Part shown: positions 47,606 through 55,726 of the stretch, piece by piece
Layout: each line of letters begins with the position of its first letter
How positions within the stretch are numbered: position 1 is the stretch's first letter
DNA from: Clostridia bacterium DTU084
GTDB lineage: Bacteria > Bacillota > DTU084
Reading direction: 5' to 3'
DNA length: 61,670 nt
Assembly: GCA_001512905.1 (NCBI GenBank)
Contig: LFTB01000140.1
Location: forward strand, 1 to 61,670
The notes under the pieces: generated by a model
Databases searched by the model: none
The model's input: the letters and a program-made list of their open reading frames with translations, nothing else
Told to the model about the DNA's origin: nothing
Program-made: the position numbers and the translations under genes

Positions 47606-50089
47606 TTAAGGTACCTCAAAGACCTGCGGCGAGGGCGTGCGGAAGACCTCAAGGGGCTTTTCTTCTTCCAGGACAGCAAGCTCAAGCTCCCTTTCCTCGC
47701 CTGCCTTGAGGGTAACCACAGTTTCGGATAGGTAATGAGAAGCTTGGAATTGTCCGCTGGCCAAAGCGATCTGGTAGGTGCCCGGCAGGACGTAAGCGAA
47801 GCTGAAGCTGCCCTCAGCATCTGTAACTGCCCGGCTGACCACCTTCTCGCCTTGGAGGAGCAGGAGCCAAACCCCTCGGGCTTTTGCATCTTCCATCTTC
47901 AGCGTTCCACTCAGGCGTGCGCCCTGGACAAGAGGCCAGTCGAAAATGGTTTCCTCACCTTTCTCAAGCCGGACGAAGGTGGAGGTTACTGTTGTCGGCA
48001 AAAGGCCCACAGGCAGGTCCCCTTCCCGCAGGAAGAGGGGGTATTCTCCTGGGAGCATGGCGCCGAATTCATAGGAGCCATCCTTGTCAGTTTGGACATA
48101 CTCGCCAGCAAGCAGAATGCCGCAGCCGGAGATGGCTCTCTCTCCTTGCTGCCAGATCCCGTCGCCGTTTTCGTCCAGGAACACTCTCCCCTTCAGTCTG
48201 CCCTTGGTCTTCAGGAATGGGAATGGCGTCCTCAAATTAACGCCATAGCCCACTGTCACTTCCCAGGTAGAGGGCTGATCCTGAGGGAGGTGAAGCTTCC
48301 CTTCTATGTGCACTTTCTGCAGCGCAGGAAGTTTTTGGGTGAGCTTGAGCCTGATGGATTGGCCGTCCTGCCTTCGTCCCTGCCACTCAAACTCCCAGTC
48401 CCTCTGCAGCTGCCGGTACATAAAGCCCAGTTTCACCTCCAGAAGCTGCTCTCGACTTACAGCAGCAAGCCACCACGAGAAAGGCCGCTTGTAAAAGCCG
48501 AAGCGGAGGTAGTCCCGGGGCACGCTCAAGGGCAGCTGGGTGTGGGAATAGTAAAGGTGAGAAGAGGACCAGTATTTGTAGGCAGTTATCTCCCAGCCAG
48601 TTTCCTCTACCTTCAGTCCTTCCTCCTGCCGCCTGCCGTAGCCCCACCTCAGGTTCACATTGGTTCTCCCGAAGGGAAGGGCAAGGCCCACAGATGCGTA
48701 ATCTTCCTGCAGCCTGGCTACCTCAGGCAGGTCTTCTACATTATTATATCTCGTATAGGCAGAAAAAAGGAAAGGACTGCTCTGGCCGCTGAAGCTCAGC
48801 CGCCACAAATCCTGATACCTTCCTAAGGTATTGGGGCCTGCCCGCAGCCAGTCCAGAGCCCACAGCGCAGTCGGCCTTCTGCCCTGCCCCCCTAACCTGA
48901 TCCCCAATTCGGAAGAAGGAACCCGCCAGGCCACAGGCAGCCCGATCTCCGCCCACAAGCGGCCGATCTCGACAGCTGCCTCGGATCTGCCGTAGAACCA
49001 GATCTTCTGTTCCTCTTCCATGAGGAAGGTCAGGCTGCTGCCGCCTTTGCGGTAGGCAAAGTAGCTGGCTAGATCAGGACTCCAGAACAAGCTCGATGTT
49101 TTTTCGCTCTGCTGCACTGCAAACAGAATTCCAGGATCTCTCACAGGCTGCTGCAGGGTGTTGCCTGCATAGTCTGTATGGCCAAGGCTCAAGGTCCAGG
49201 GGTGCTTTTTCCAGCTGAACAGACCCCGCCCTGCATTTTCCGGGCCGTATAGCTGCAGATCCAAGTGAACGCCGCCCCCTGGCCAGCTGCTGTCCCCCCA
49301 AAAGCTTCCCTGCCATCTGAAAGCTCCGTCCTCTGTCCAGGTCCCCTCGATCTCCAGTCTGCTGAGGAGATCTGGCGTTAAGCGGGTGCTGCCAGCAGAG
49401 GAAAGGACAACCAAAGGCAGCCTCAACCGCTCAAAAACTTCCGTACTGTCTTGTTCCCCCACTTCCAAGACCAGCCAGGTACTGCCTGGGACGGCTGTTT
49501 CCAAGGCTTGGATCACAACAGCACCGTGGTGCCTTTGTCCCTGCTCCAGGCGGGGCAGCCGGACTGGCTGTGCGGCAAATCCCCGGGGCAGGCGGACCCG
49601 CAGCCAAAAGGCTGTTGAATAGTTGCTTGTGTTCTCTAAGGTAAAGGGCAGGACCAGCCTCTCCCCGCGGGCTACAGTCAAGTCCGTGCGTCCCAAAGTC
49701 AGGATAGCGCCCCTCTGCTTTTCCACAAGCACAGTGACAACAGCCTGAACCTCCTCAGCTTCGCTTCTCGCTGTAAAGATGATGTGGTGCTGCCCGTCTG
49801 CCGCTGCACCGGAAGGCACTTGGACTGTGATGGGAACTAAAAGCTCCTCCCCAGCGGCAATGGTTCTGGCCTCCGGCAGGCTCAAAAGCTGCCAAAAAGG
49901 CGGCAGCTCTACTGTAAAATCTACAGCCAAATCGCTTGTGCCTGTGTTTCTTACAGTAAAACCCACAGTGATAAAGCTTCTGGGATCTGCGCTTCTGTGT
50001 GCAGGTCCTGTGACTTCCAGCTGGCCAGCCCAGGCCACGGTCCCCAAGGAGAACAGACATAATAATAAAATGCTCAGTTTTTTCATCAT
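47606..50089 (-). CDS. Large secreted multidomain protein, usher-like in size and layout (function unknown)
   Basis: The ATG at 50089 follows AAGGAG. Signal peptide MMKKLSILLLCLFSLGTVAWA. Two N-terminal beta-sandwich-like modules are followed by a Trp/Tyr/Arg/Gly-rich core. The C-terminal part has an SdrD-B-like segment (FLDENGDGIWQQGE) and a carboxypeptidase-regulatory-like segment (TDAEGSFSFAYVLPGTYQI). Confidence 0.7.
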   Translation of the reverse strand: MMKKLSILLLCLFSLGTVAWAGQLEVTGPAHRSADPRSFITVGFTVRNTGTSDLAVDFTVELPPFWQLLSLPEARTIAAGEELLVPITVQVPSGAAADGQHHIIFTARSEAEEVQAVVTVLVEKQRGAILTLGRTDLTVARGERLVLPFTLENTSNYSTAFWLRVRLPRGFAAQPVRLPRLEQGQRHHGAVVIQALETAVPGSTWLVLEVGEQDSTEVFERLRLPLVVLSSAGSTRLTPDLLSRLEIEGTWTEDGAFRWQGSFWGDSSWPGGGVHLDLQLYGPENAGRGLFSWKKHPWTLSLGHTDYAGNTLQQPVRDPGILFAVQQSEKTSSLFWSPDLASYFAYRKGGSSLTFLMEEEQKIWFYGRSEAAVEIGRLWAEIGLPVAWRVPSSELGIRLGGQGRRPTALWALDWLRAGPNTLGRYQDLWRLSFSGQSSPFLFSAYTRYNNVEDLPEVARLQEDYASVGLALPFGRTNVNLRWGYGRRQEEGLKVEETGWEITAYKYWSSSHLYYSHTQLPLSVPRDYLRFGFYKRPFSWWLAAVSREQLLEVKLGFMYRQLQRDWEFEWQGRRQDGQSIRLKLTQKLPALQKVHIEGKLHLPQDQPSTWEVTVGYGVNLRTPFPFLKTKGRLKGRVFLDENGDGIWQQGERAISGCGILLAGEYVQTDKDGSYEFGAMLPGEYPLFLREGDLPVGLLPTTVTSTFVRLEKGEETIFDWPLVQGARLSGTLKMEDAKARGVWLLLLQGEKVVSRAVTDAEGSFSFAYVLPGTYQIALASGQFQASHYLSETVVTLKAGEERELELAVLEEEKPLEVFRTPSPQVFEVP

Positions 50090-50106
50090 CAATCTCCTTG
50101 TGAAGC

Positions 50107-50540
50107 TCAATCTGAAGTTAGGGTATAAATCAAAGTTATCCCATAGTAATCAGGTGGATCCAACCACGAAAGCTTGATGCGATAATCCACATCCAGCTGG
50201 ATTGTGCCGGCCTCTCCCTCGGCAACAAGCTCATCGGAAGTGCTCAGTTCCTGAAAAGGGGAATCAGAGCGCCACAAAAGGTCCGTATTTGGCTTCATGC
50301 TGCCTCCAGGTGTGGTGCGCTGAAGTAATCCTGGTTTGTTCTTACGTACAGCTTCCACGTTCCTTCTGCAGTGACGGTGAGCCTGTTTGCAGCGGGATAA
50401 TCCAGGTAGCCGCGGTCTAGATCCGCTGCTGTTGCTTGCGCAGTGGTAAAGTTGGATTCTACAGTTAAAGAACCTGCAGCGCTGGCCTGCCACGCCAGCA
50501 GAACAAACAAAACAACAAGCAGGCGAACTTTATTTCCCAC
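50107..50540 (-). pseudogene. Second small secreted subunit, reading frame broken near 50295-50310 (frameshift)
   Basis: The 5' frame (50295-50540) gives the signal peptide MGNKVRLLVVLFVLLAWQASA and the TWKLYV motif. The 3' frame (50107-~50300) gives LLWRSD...VDYRIKLSWLDPPDYYGITLIYTLTSD. Both halves align to the intact paralogue at 51421-51903. Confidence 0.7.
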
Positions 50541-51339
50541 TGGCTTCCCCCCTTATTTCAAAGGGGGCTTCTGCTGCTAAAAGCGTCTGCCCACCATAGT
50601 CCAGCACTGCAAGCAACAAATACTTGCCAGCAGCTGGCACGGATACCTGGCCGCTGATGCTGCGCTTTGCTTTCGGCAGAATGGAAAAGGGTTGCAATGA
50701 TACTTTCTCCAGCACCTCTCCATCCAAAGTGCGCACCTCAAGCCTTCCTTTGTAGCTCAGGTGCACATTGCCGTAATTTTCCAATTGGATAGATACAGGA
50801 ATCTTTCCATCCCTGGGATTTTCCAGAGAGCAGCCTGTGATTTTCGTGCCAGGTTCCTCAGTTCCTCGGGCGACAACGTAGATCTTTATCCCGTAGCGCA
50901 GAAGGGCTCTGATGCTGATGTTCATTTTGTCCCCTTCTGCCTGAGGCGGTGCAGGGAGACTGCCTCCTTCCACAAAGAGCATGGCAGTTCTGCTGCCCCG
51001 CTGATCGTGAGGAACCTGAACCTCCAGGATCAGCTTGCCTGATTGTTTGGGCTCCAGCACGATTGTGGATTCTGCAAGTTTTAGCTGTCCTGCTGCAGAG
51101 TTTGGCAGAGTGCCTGCAGGATAAAAAAGCTGGGTTCCATCTTCTGCACGCTCCCAATCTTCCAGATAAACCCGCACTGCAGCAGGCTGAGGATCCGGGT
51201 TATATAGAGGGATCTCAATCTGCCCTTTTTCCCCAGGTATGAGGCTGATTATCCGATCTTCAATGGAACAGTGCACGAGACCAAAAGCAGTACTGGCAAA
51301 ACACAGCCATAGGCAAATTGCGCGAAAAGTAAACTTCAA
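50530..51339 (-). CDS. Secreted two-domain protein, pilus-chaperone-like in size and position (function unknown)
   Basis: The TTG at 51339 lies 6 nt after AGGAGG. Signal peptide MKFTFRAICLWLCFASTAFG. Two ~115-aa beta-rich halves follow. There is no TM anchor. Its stop overlaps the GTG start of the next gene. Confidence 0.65.
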   Translation of the reverse strand: MKFTFRAICLWLCFASTAFGLVHCSIEDRIISLIPGEKGQIEIPLYNPDPQPAAVRVYLEDWERAEDGTQLFYPAGTLPNSAAGQLKLAESTIVLEPKQSGKLILEVQVPHDQRGSRTAMLFVEGGSLPAPPQAEGDKMNISIRALLRYGIKIYVVARGTEEPGTKITGCSLENPRDGKIPVSIQLENYGNVHLSYKGRLEVRTLDGEVLEKVSLQPFSILPKAKRSISGQVSVPAAGKYLLLAVLDYGGQTLLAAEAPFEIRGEASGK

Positions 51340-51360
51340 AGTCCCCCTCCTTCCCTTGGC

Positions 51361-51403
51361 GAAAAACGGGGCTGAGAAGCAAGCTTCTCCGGCAGTAAGC
51401 CCC
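51361..51403 (-). terminator. Intra-operon terminator-like hairpin after the first subunit gene
   Basis: On the minus strand, GGGGCT...AGCCCC encloses GAGAAG-CTTG-CTTCTC. The structure is followed by GTTTTTCG. It lies between subunit A and the chaperone-like gene. Confidence 0.55.
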
Positions 51404-51420
51404 TTTTGAAACCTTTTCGG

Positions 51421-51903
51421 TTAGCTGTCCTTGGTTAAGGTATACTCCTGGACGATGCTGTATGCACCGGGAACATCTTTTGCCCAGTCGAGTTTCACTC
51501 GATAATTAAGGGTGACAACTGTGCCGCCTGTGGGGCCGCCTGAAATAACATCAGTAACATTACTATTGCTGCAGCTTTGGAAATCCCCCTGCCCTTCCAG
51601 CTTCCACTCGTAATGGCTAACAGCTTTCTCCACGCCCTCAGGCCAGGACCAATCTTTTGTCTTCATTGAAAGCTTCCAGGGCACGTTGCTTTTCACAGTG
51701 AGGCTGGCTGTAGCTGTTTCTGTGTAGCTGGCATTAAATTGATCTACGCCAGGGGTGGGAATGACTATATACTCGTCGTTTATGATCAGCTCCTGGGTGT
51801 CCACTACAAGCAGTTCCACATCACTTTGTCCTGTTTCATCGGCAAAAACGATCACGGAAAAAGCCAAACAAAATAATGCTGCAAATAAACAAGCCCTTTT
51901 CAC
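51421..51903 (-). CDS. Small secreted subunit A (candidate major fibre subunit; family not recognised)
   Basis: The GTG at 51903 follows AGAGGGGGAAAG. Signal peptide MKRACLFAALFCLAFSVIVFA. The protein is 160 aa, beta-rich, and ends LNYRVKLDWAKDVPGAYSIVQEYTLTKDS. Confidence 0.75.
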   Translation of the reverse strand: MKRACLFAALFCLAFSVIVFADETGQSDVELLVVDTQELIINDEYIVIPTPGVDQFNASYTETATASLTVKSNVPWKLSMKTKDWSWPEGVEKAVSHYEWKLEGQGDFQSCSNSNVTDVISGGPTGGTVVTLNYRVKLDWAKDVPGAYSIVQEYTLTKDS

Positions 51904-51990
51904 ACTCTTTCCCCCTCTTAATTTTCTCCCGCTGAAGACTGCCGTGCTTCAGCTTGTTGTTGAAATCAATCAAAATATACAGCATTGCCT

Positions 51991-52017
51991 GAAAAAATAC
52001 ATCACCCTAAAGGGTGA
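51991..52017 (-). terminator. Second of two tandem intrinsic terminators after the LuxR-type regulator
   Basis: Minus-strand TCACCC-TTTA-GGGTGA followed by TGTATTTTTT. Confidence 0.55.
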
Positions 52018-52020
52018 GAC

Positions 52021-52054
52021 AATAAAAAATCACCCCCAACTTAAGTAGGGGTGA
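52021..52054 (-). terminator. First intrinsic terminator after the LuxR-type regulator
   Basis: Minus-strand TCACCCCT-ACTTAAGTT-GGGGGTGA followed by TTTTTTATT. Confidence 0.7.
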
Positions 52055-52081
52055 TGGAGTCTACAGCAGAAGAAAAAGTCT

Positions 52082-55000
52082 CTAAAGCAGCTCTAATTCC
52101 TCAGCCCGCTTTACAGCCTGCACTCTCCTAGTTACCTGCAGCTTGCTGTAGATGCTTTTGAGGTGGGTTTTGACAGTATTAATAGACATGTCCAGCTTGT
52201 CGGTGATTTCTTTGTTGGAAAGTCCTGCTGCCATCATCCTCAGCACCTCAAGCTCCCTTTCGGTAAGGGGCTCCACCAGGGGAGAGGAAGAGGTGTCATC
52301 ATGTTCTAAGAAGGCCTGAAACTCTTTAGTGTTGAGCAGGCGAACGGTCAGCAGCTTCAGCAGTTCTATCCGTTCTTCCGTAAAGATGTCTGTCAGCATG
52401 GTGTTTTCAAGGTACAATACGCCCAGAGGAATGCCCTGCAGCTCCAGAGGCAGGCAAAGAATGCAGCCTGCTGCCTTTGCCAGATAAGGATCCTTGGCAA
52501 AGATGCCTGGCTGCGCTGTATCATTTAAAACAACTGCCTCGTGGGTCCGGGCAGAGTAAAACACTACCGCCTCAGACAGTTTGTGCTCTGCCACAGGTTC
52601 GCCCTTTACAGCCCTCCCACAGCTGCTGTCTGTCTCAAGGGCTGCTTCAACAAACAATTCATTATCCTTTTCCATGATAAAGAAGCCTCTGTTTGCACAT
52701 GCGACTTCTGCGGCGATCTCCAGGAAAACCGCAGCAAGTTTTGCGGGATCTGCCTGGGCAATTATTTCTACGGCTTTGTCTAGCTTGCACAGCTCGAGAC
52801 CATTGGCTGCAGCCATCTGGCTGGCTGAGAAAAACAGCTGCCTCCAAATCTGGGCTGTGTCGAGAGCTTTCTCCGCATCTGCAGCGATCAGATCTGGATA
52901 CTCCTCCTGCAGGCTCTGCGCTTTTGCAGCTGCTCCCCAGGCCGTGTACAGCCTGTAGGCGTCGGTGAGGTAGACACGTGCGATCCTGCCTCTGCCCCCT
53001 TGGGCGTAATATTTTCCAGCCAGTTCGCAGGCTAAGGCTTCGTTTTGGAGGAAGCCGCCCTCCCTGGCAGAAGCAATTGCATCATCGTACAATTTCTCAG
53101 CCTGTTCCCTTCGGCCTGCAAGTCTTGCCCTTTCCGCCTCAACAAGCAGGTATTTATGTGAAAAATTTGCCGGACAGCTCAATGCCCATTTTTTCATCTG
53201 CCGCTGGTTTTTCGCAAGCTCCCTGCCCAACCTGCGCTGCTCTTTGCGCGTCGCTTTTTCATAACAGGCAGCAGCCACCAGGGAGTGGTAGAAATTGCAG
53301 TCAGAAGAGAGCAGAAAGCCCATCACAACGTCTAAAAGGGGTTTGATTTCCTCCATTATGGCGAGAGCCTGCCTGTATTCACCAGTTAAGTATAAGAACT
53401 GCATTCTGGTGAAAAGATATGTAATCTGGGAGGCCTTGTCCATTTTCCCGGCTTGGTAAAGCTCTTCAAGTACAGTTGATGAAGAGGCCTCGCCTTTCAA
53501 TTTGGCAGCCATCCTCCCGTAAATTGCAATGTTAAGTTCCAAGTTTTCGTGCTGGACTTTTTTGGTGAATTTTTTGCATTTCTCAACTTCAGCCAGGACT
53601 TCCTCAAGGGGTACGCCCATCAGGTATTTGTTTTCCAGGAGCACTACGTGTGCATAGCCGCCGATGAGCACATTTCCCGCTTCAAGAGCACAGGCTGCAG
53701 CCCTCTGCAGATAAACAAGCCCTTCTTTGGCAGGGGCAGTCCAGTGTAAAATCAAAGCTCCTATTGTGAAATAGACTATGCAGCTTGAGGGACTGTTGCC
53801 GTACTTTTCAGCAAGGGCTTCCCCCACCCCTGCCAGTTCGCAGCCTTTGGCGAAATTGCCGAGGACGCTGCCTTCAAGGATGCTGTAGCCTAAAAAGCCG
53901 ATGGACGCTACCTCTGCAACTCCATGTTTTAATGCAAAGTTGCCGGACTTTACGATCATCAAAGCGTATAAATCGGGGTGGCTCGTGCAGGTGGCGAGAA
54001 TGAACTCCACGAAAAGCTGGGCTGCCTTTTTCTGAAGGGAGTCCTGCACCTCCGGCAGGTTAAGCAAATCGCCGCTTTTCTTATTGCGGATCAGCCACTT
54101 ATAAACTGCAAGTTCCCTCATGTGATGGAAAAGGCTTGGCCTGAGAGGGAGCTTATAGCCGAAAAGTTTGAGGGTGTCAAGCCCAACCTGTACAGCTTCA
54201 GTATGTTTTCCGCCCCCTGAATACAGCCTCATCCTGGTTATGCCAAGCTCTGCTTTCTCAAATGCTGTTCTTGCCCGCTTTTCCACCTCAAGGAACTGCT
54301 TTTCGGCCTCAGCTTCATTGCCCAGCATATATTCGCAGGCTGCCCTTTGGAGATGAAGAGCGAAGCACAGCTGGTAGTCCCTCTGCCAGCCGCCTTCTCC
54401 CAACAGCTCAACGCCAGCTGCAAGGCAATTGAGGGCAGAGTTGTAGTCAGCAGAGGCTTTGGCTTTTATCCCTGCCTTGAAGTTTAACCTTGCCAGCTGC
54501 AGCCGCTCCCCTGGATCCGCGATTAGCTCCAGACTCCGATTTATATGGTCTAATACAAAGGGAAGCTGCTCGTCCAAGCTGTCCTCAGCAGACTGCTGGA
54601 GAATCATCCTTCCCATCTCCAGGTGAATCTGTTTTGCTTCCTGTTCTGAAAGCAGGGAATGTACTGCCTGTTCGATTCTGTCGTGCAGAAACTCATTTTG
54701 GTTGCCTGCCACCTGTGAAATCAGTCCCTCTCTCAAGGCAGGGGTCAAGCATTTCTGCACCTCGGGCATGGTCTTCCTGCAGACGGCAGCGAGGATTTGC
54801 AAATCAAAGGTGCTCCCCATACAGGATGCCGTTTTCAAGATCTCAAGGGTTTGGCGGGGCAGCTTCTGCAATCTCCAAAGAAGCAGATCCAAAACATCGG
54901 CAGGCATCTGAAGTCTGTAGATCGCATCCGGTTTCCAGGTCCAGCCTCCTTTGGCGCTGTCGAAGAAGATGATTTTTTCATCTTCCATGGTCTTCAGCAT

Positions 55001-55648
55001 CTGGCCTAGAAAAAAGGGATTCCCGGAGGTTTTACGATACACGCTCTCTGCAAGCAGGCTCACCTTCTCTGGTGAACAATGCAGGGTTTCAGCCAAATAC
55101 GCTGTCACTTCTTTCCGATTGAGAGGATAAAGGTACAGCTCTTGGACTGGCAGAGCCGCTTTTCGGAGCTCTGCAGCCATTGCGTGTAAAGGGTGGCGCG
55201 GGGTGATTTCGTTATCCCTGTACGCGCAGACGATAAGGAGATATTTCAAATTGGTGTAAGCGGATAGCTTCGCCAAGAGCCTCAAGGCAGGCGCATTAGC
55301 CCACTGCAGGTCATCCAAAAATAAGACCAAGGGTTTTTTTCTGCTGGCAAAGACTGCGAGGAATTTCTCTAAAACCAACAAAAAACGGTTCTGCGCCTCT
55401 TGAGGCCGCAGTGCCTCCACTTGCGGCTGAGCTCCGACAATCAGCTCCAGCTCCGGGATCAGTTCTGTGAGGATGGCACCACTGCTGCCCAAAGCCCTGA
55501 GAATTTCTTCCTTCCAAAGGGCCAGGCTTTTACTACTTTCTGTGATCAGCTGTCTTATAACCATCCGCAGGGCTGCAGCAAAAGCTGAATAAGGTATGTT
55601 CTTCCGCAGTTGGTCATATTTACCGTATCCCCAATAGCCCTTCTCCAT
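52082..55648 (-). CDS. STAND-type (MalT/PknK-like) regulator fragment: helical/TPR-like repeats, GAF-like domain, LuxR-type HTH
   Basis: The C-terminus LTERELEVLRMMAAGLSNKEITDKLDMSINTVKTHLKSIYSKL is a LuxR HTH. Upstream is a GAF-like block (GIPLGVLYLEN). The Walker B-like LVLFLDDLQWA is present. The Walker A lies upstream of the first ATG and so is excluded from this ORF. Confidence 0.8.
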   Translation of the reverse strand: MEKGYWGYGKYDQLRKNIPYSAFAAALRMVIRQLITESSKSLALWKEEILRALGSSGAILTELIPELELIVGAQPQVEALRPQEAQNRFLLVLEKFLAVFASRKKPLVLFLDDLQWANAPALRLLAKLSAYTNLKYLLIVCAYRDNEITPRHPLHAMAAELRKAALPVQELYLYPLNRKEVTAYLAETLHCSPEKVSLLAESVYRKTSGNPFFLGQMLKTMEDEKIIFFDSAKGGWTWKPDAIYRLQMPADVLDLLLWRLQKLPRQTLEILKTASCMGSTFDLQILAAVCRKTMPEVQKCLTPALREGLISQVAGNQNEFLHDRIEQAVHSLLSEQEAKQIHLEMGRMILQQSAEDSLDEQLPFVLDHINRSLELIADPGERLQLARLNFKAGIKAKASADYNSALNCLAAGVELLGEGGWQRDYQLCFALHLQRAACEYMLGNEAEAEKQFLEVEKRARTAFEKAELGITRMRLYSGGGKHTEAVQVGLDTLKLFGYKLPLRPSLFHHMRELAVYKWLIRNKKSGDLLNLPEVQDSLQKKAAQLFVEFILATCTSHPDLYALMIVKSGNFALKHGVAEVASIGFLGYSILEGSVLGNFAKGCELAGVGEALAEKYGNSPSSCIVYFTIGALILHWTAPAKEGLVYLQRAAACALEAGNVLIGGYAHVVLLENKYLMGVPLEEVLAEVEKCKKFTKKVQHENLELNIAIYGRMAAKLKGEASSSTVLEELYQAGKMDKASQITYLFTRMQFLYLTGEYRQALAIMEEIKPLLDVVMGFLLSSDCNFYHSLVAAACYEKATRKEQRRLGRELAKNQRQMKKWALSCPANFSHKYLLVEAERARLAGRREQAEKLYDDAIASAREGGFLQNEALACELAGKYYAQGGRGRIARVYLTDAYRLYTAWGAAAKAQSLQEEYPDLIAADAEKALDTAQIWRQLFFSASQMAAANGLELCKLDKAVEIIAQADPAKLAAVFLEIAAEVACANRGFFIMEKDNELFVEAALETDSSCGRAVKGEPVAEHKLSEAVVFYSARTHEAVVLNDTAQPGIFAKDPYLAKAAGCILCLPLELQGIPLGVLYLENTMLTDIFTEERIELLKLLTVRLLNTKEFQAFLEHDDTSSSPLVEPLTERELEVLRMMAAGLSNKEITDKLDMSINTVKTHLKSIYSKLQVTRRVQAVKRAEELELL

Positions 55649-55726
55649 GGCACAAGGCTTGAGGACATCGCTGGCAAGCTTTGTTTTGCCGATCCCTGCA
55701 CTGCCGCTGAGCAGAATAAACCCGCC

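Noticed and set aside
47735-48826. A 363-aa plus-strand ORF, together with the 128-aa minus-strand ORF at 47503-47889.
   Set aside because: The plus-strand ORF is antisense to the coherent 827-aa secreted-protein gene. The 128-aa ORF runs across a strong terminator. Neither has an SD or a recognisable motif.
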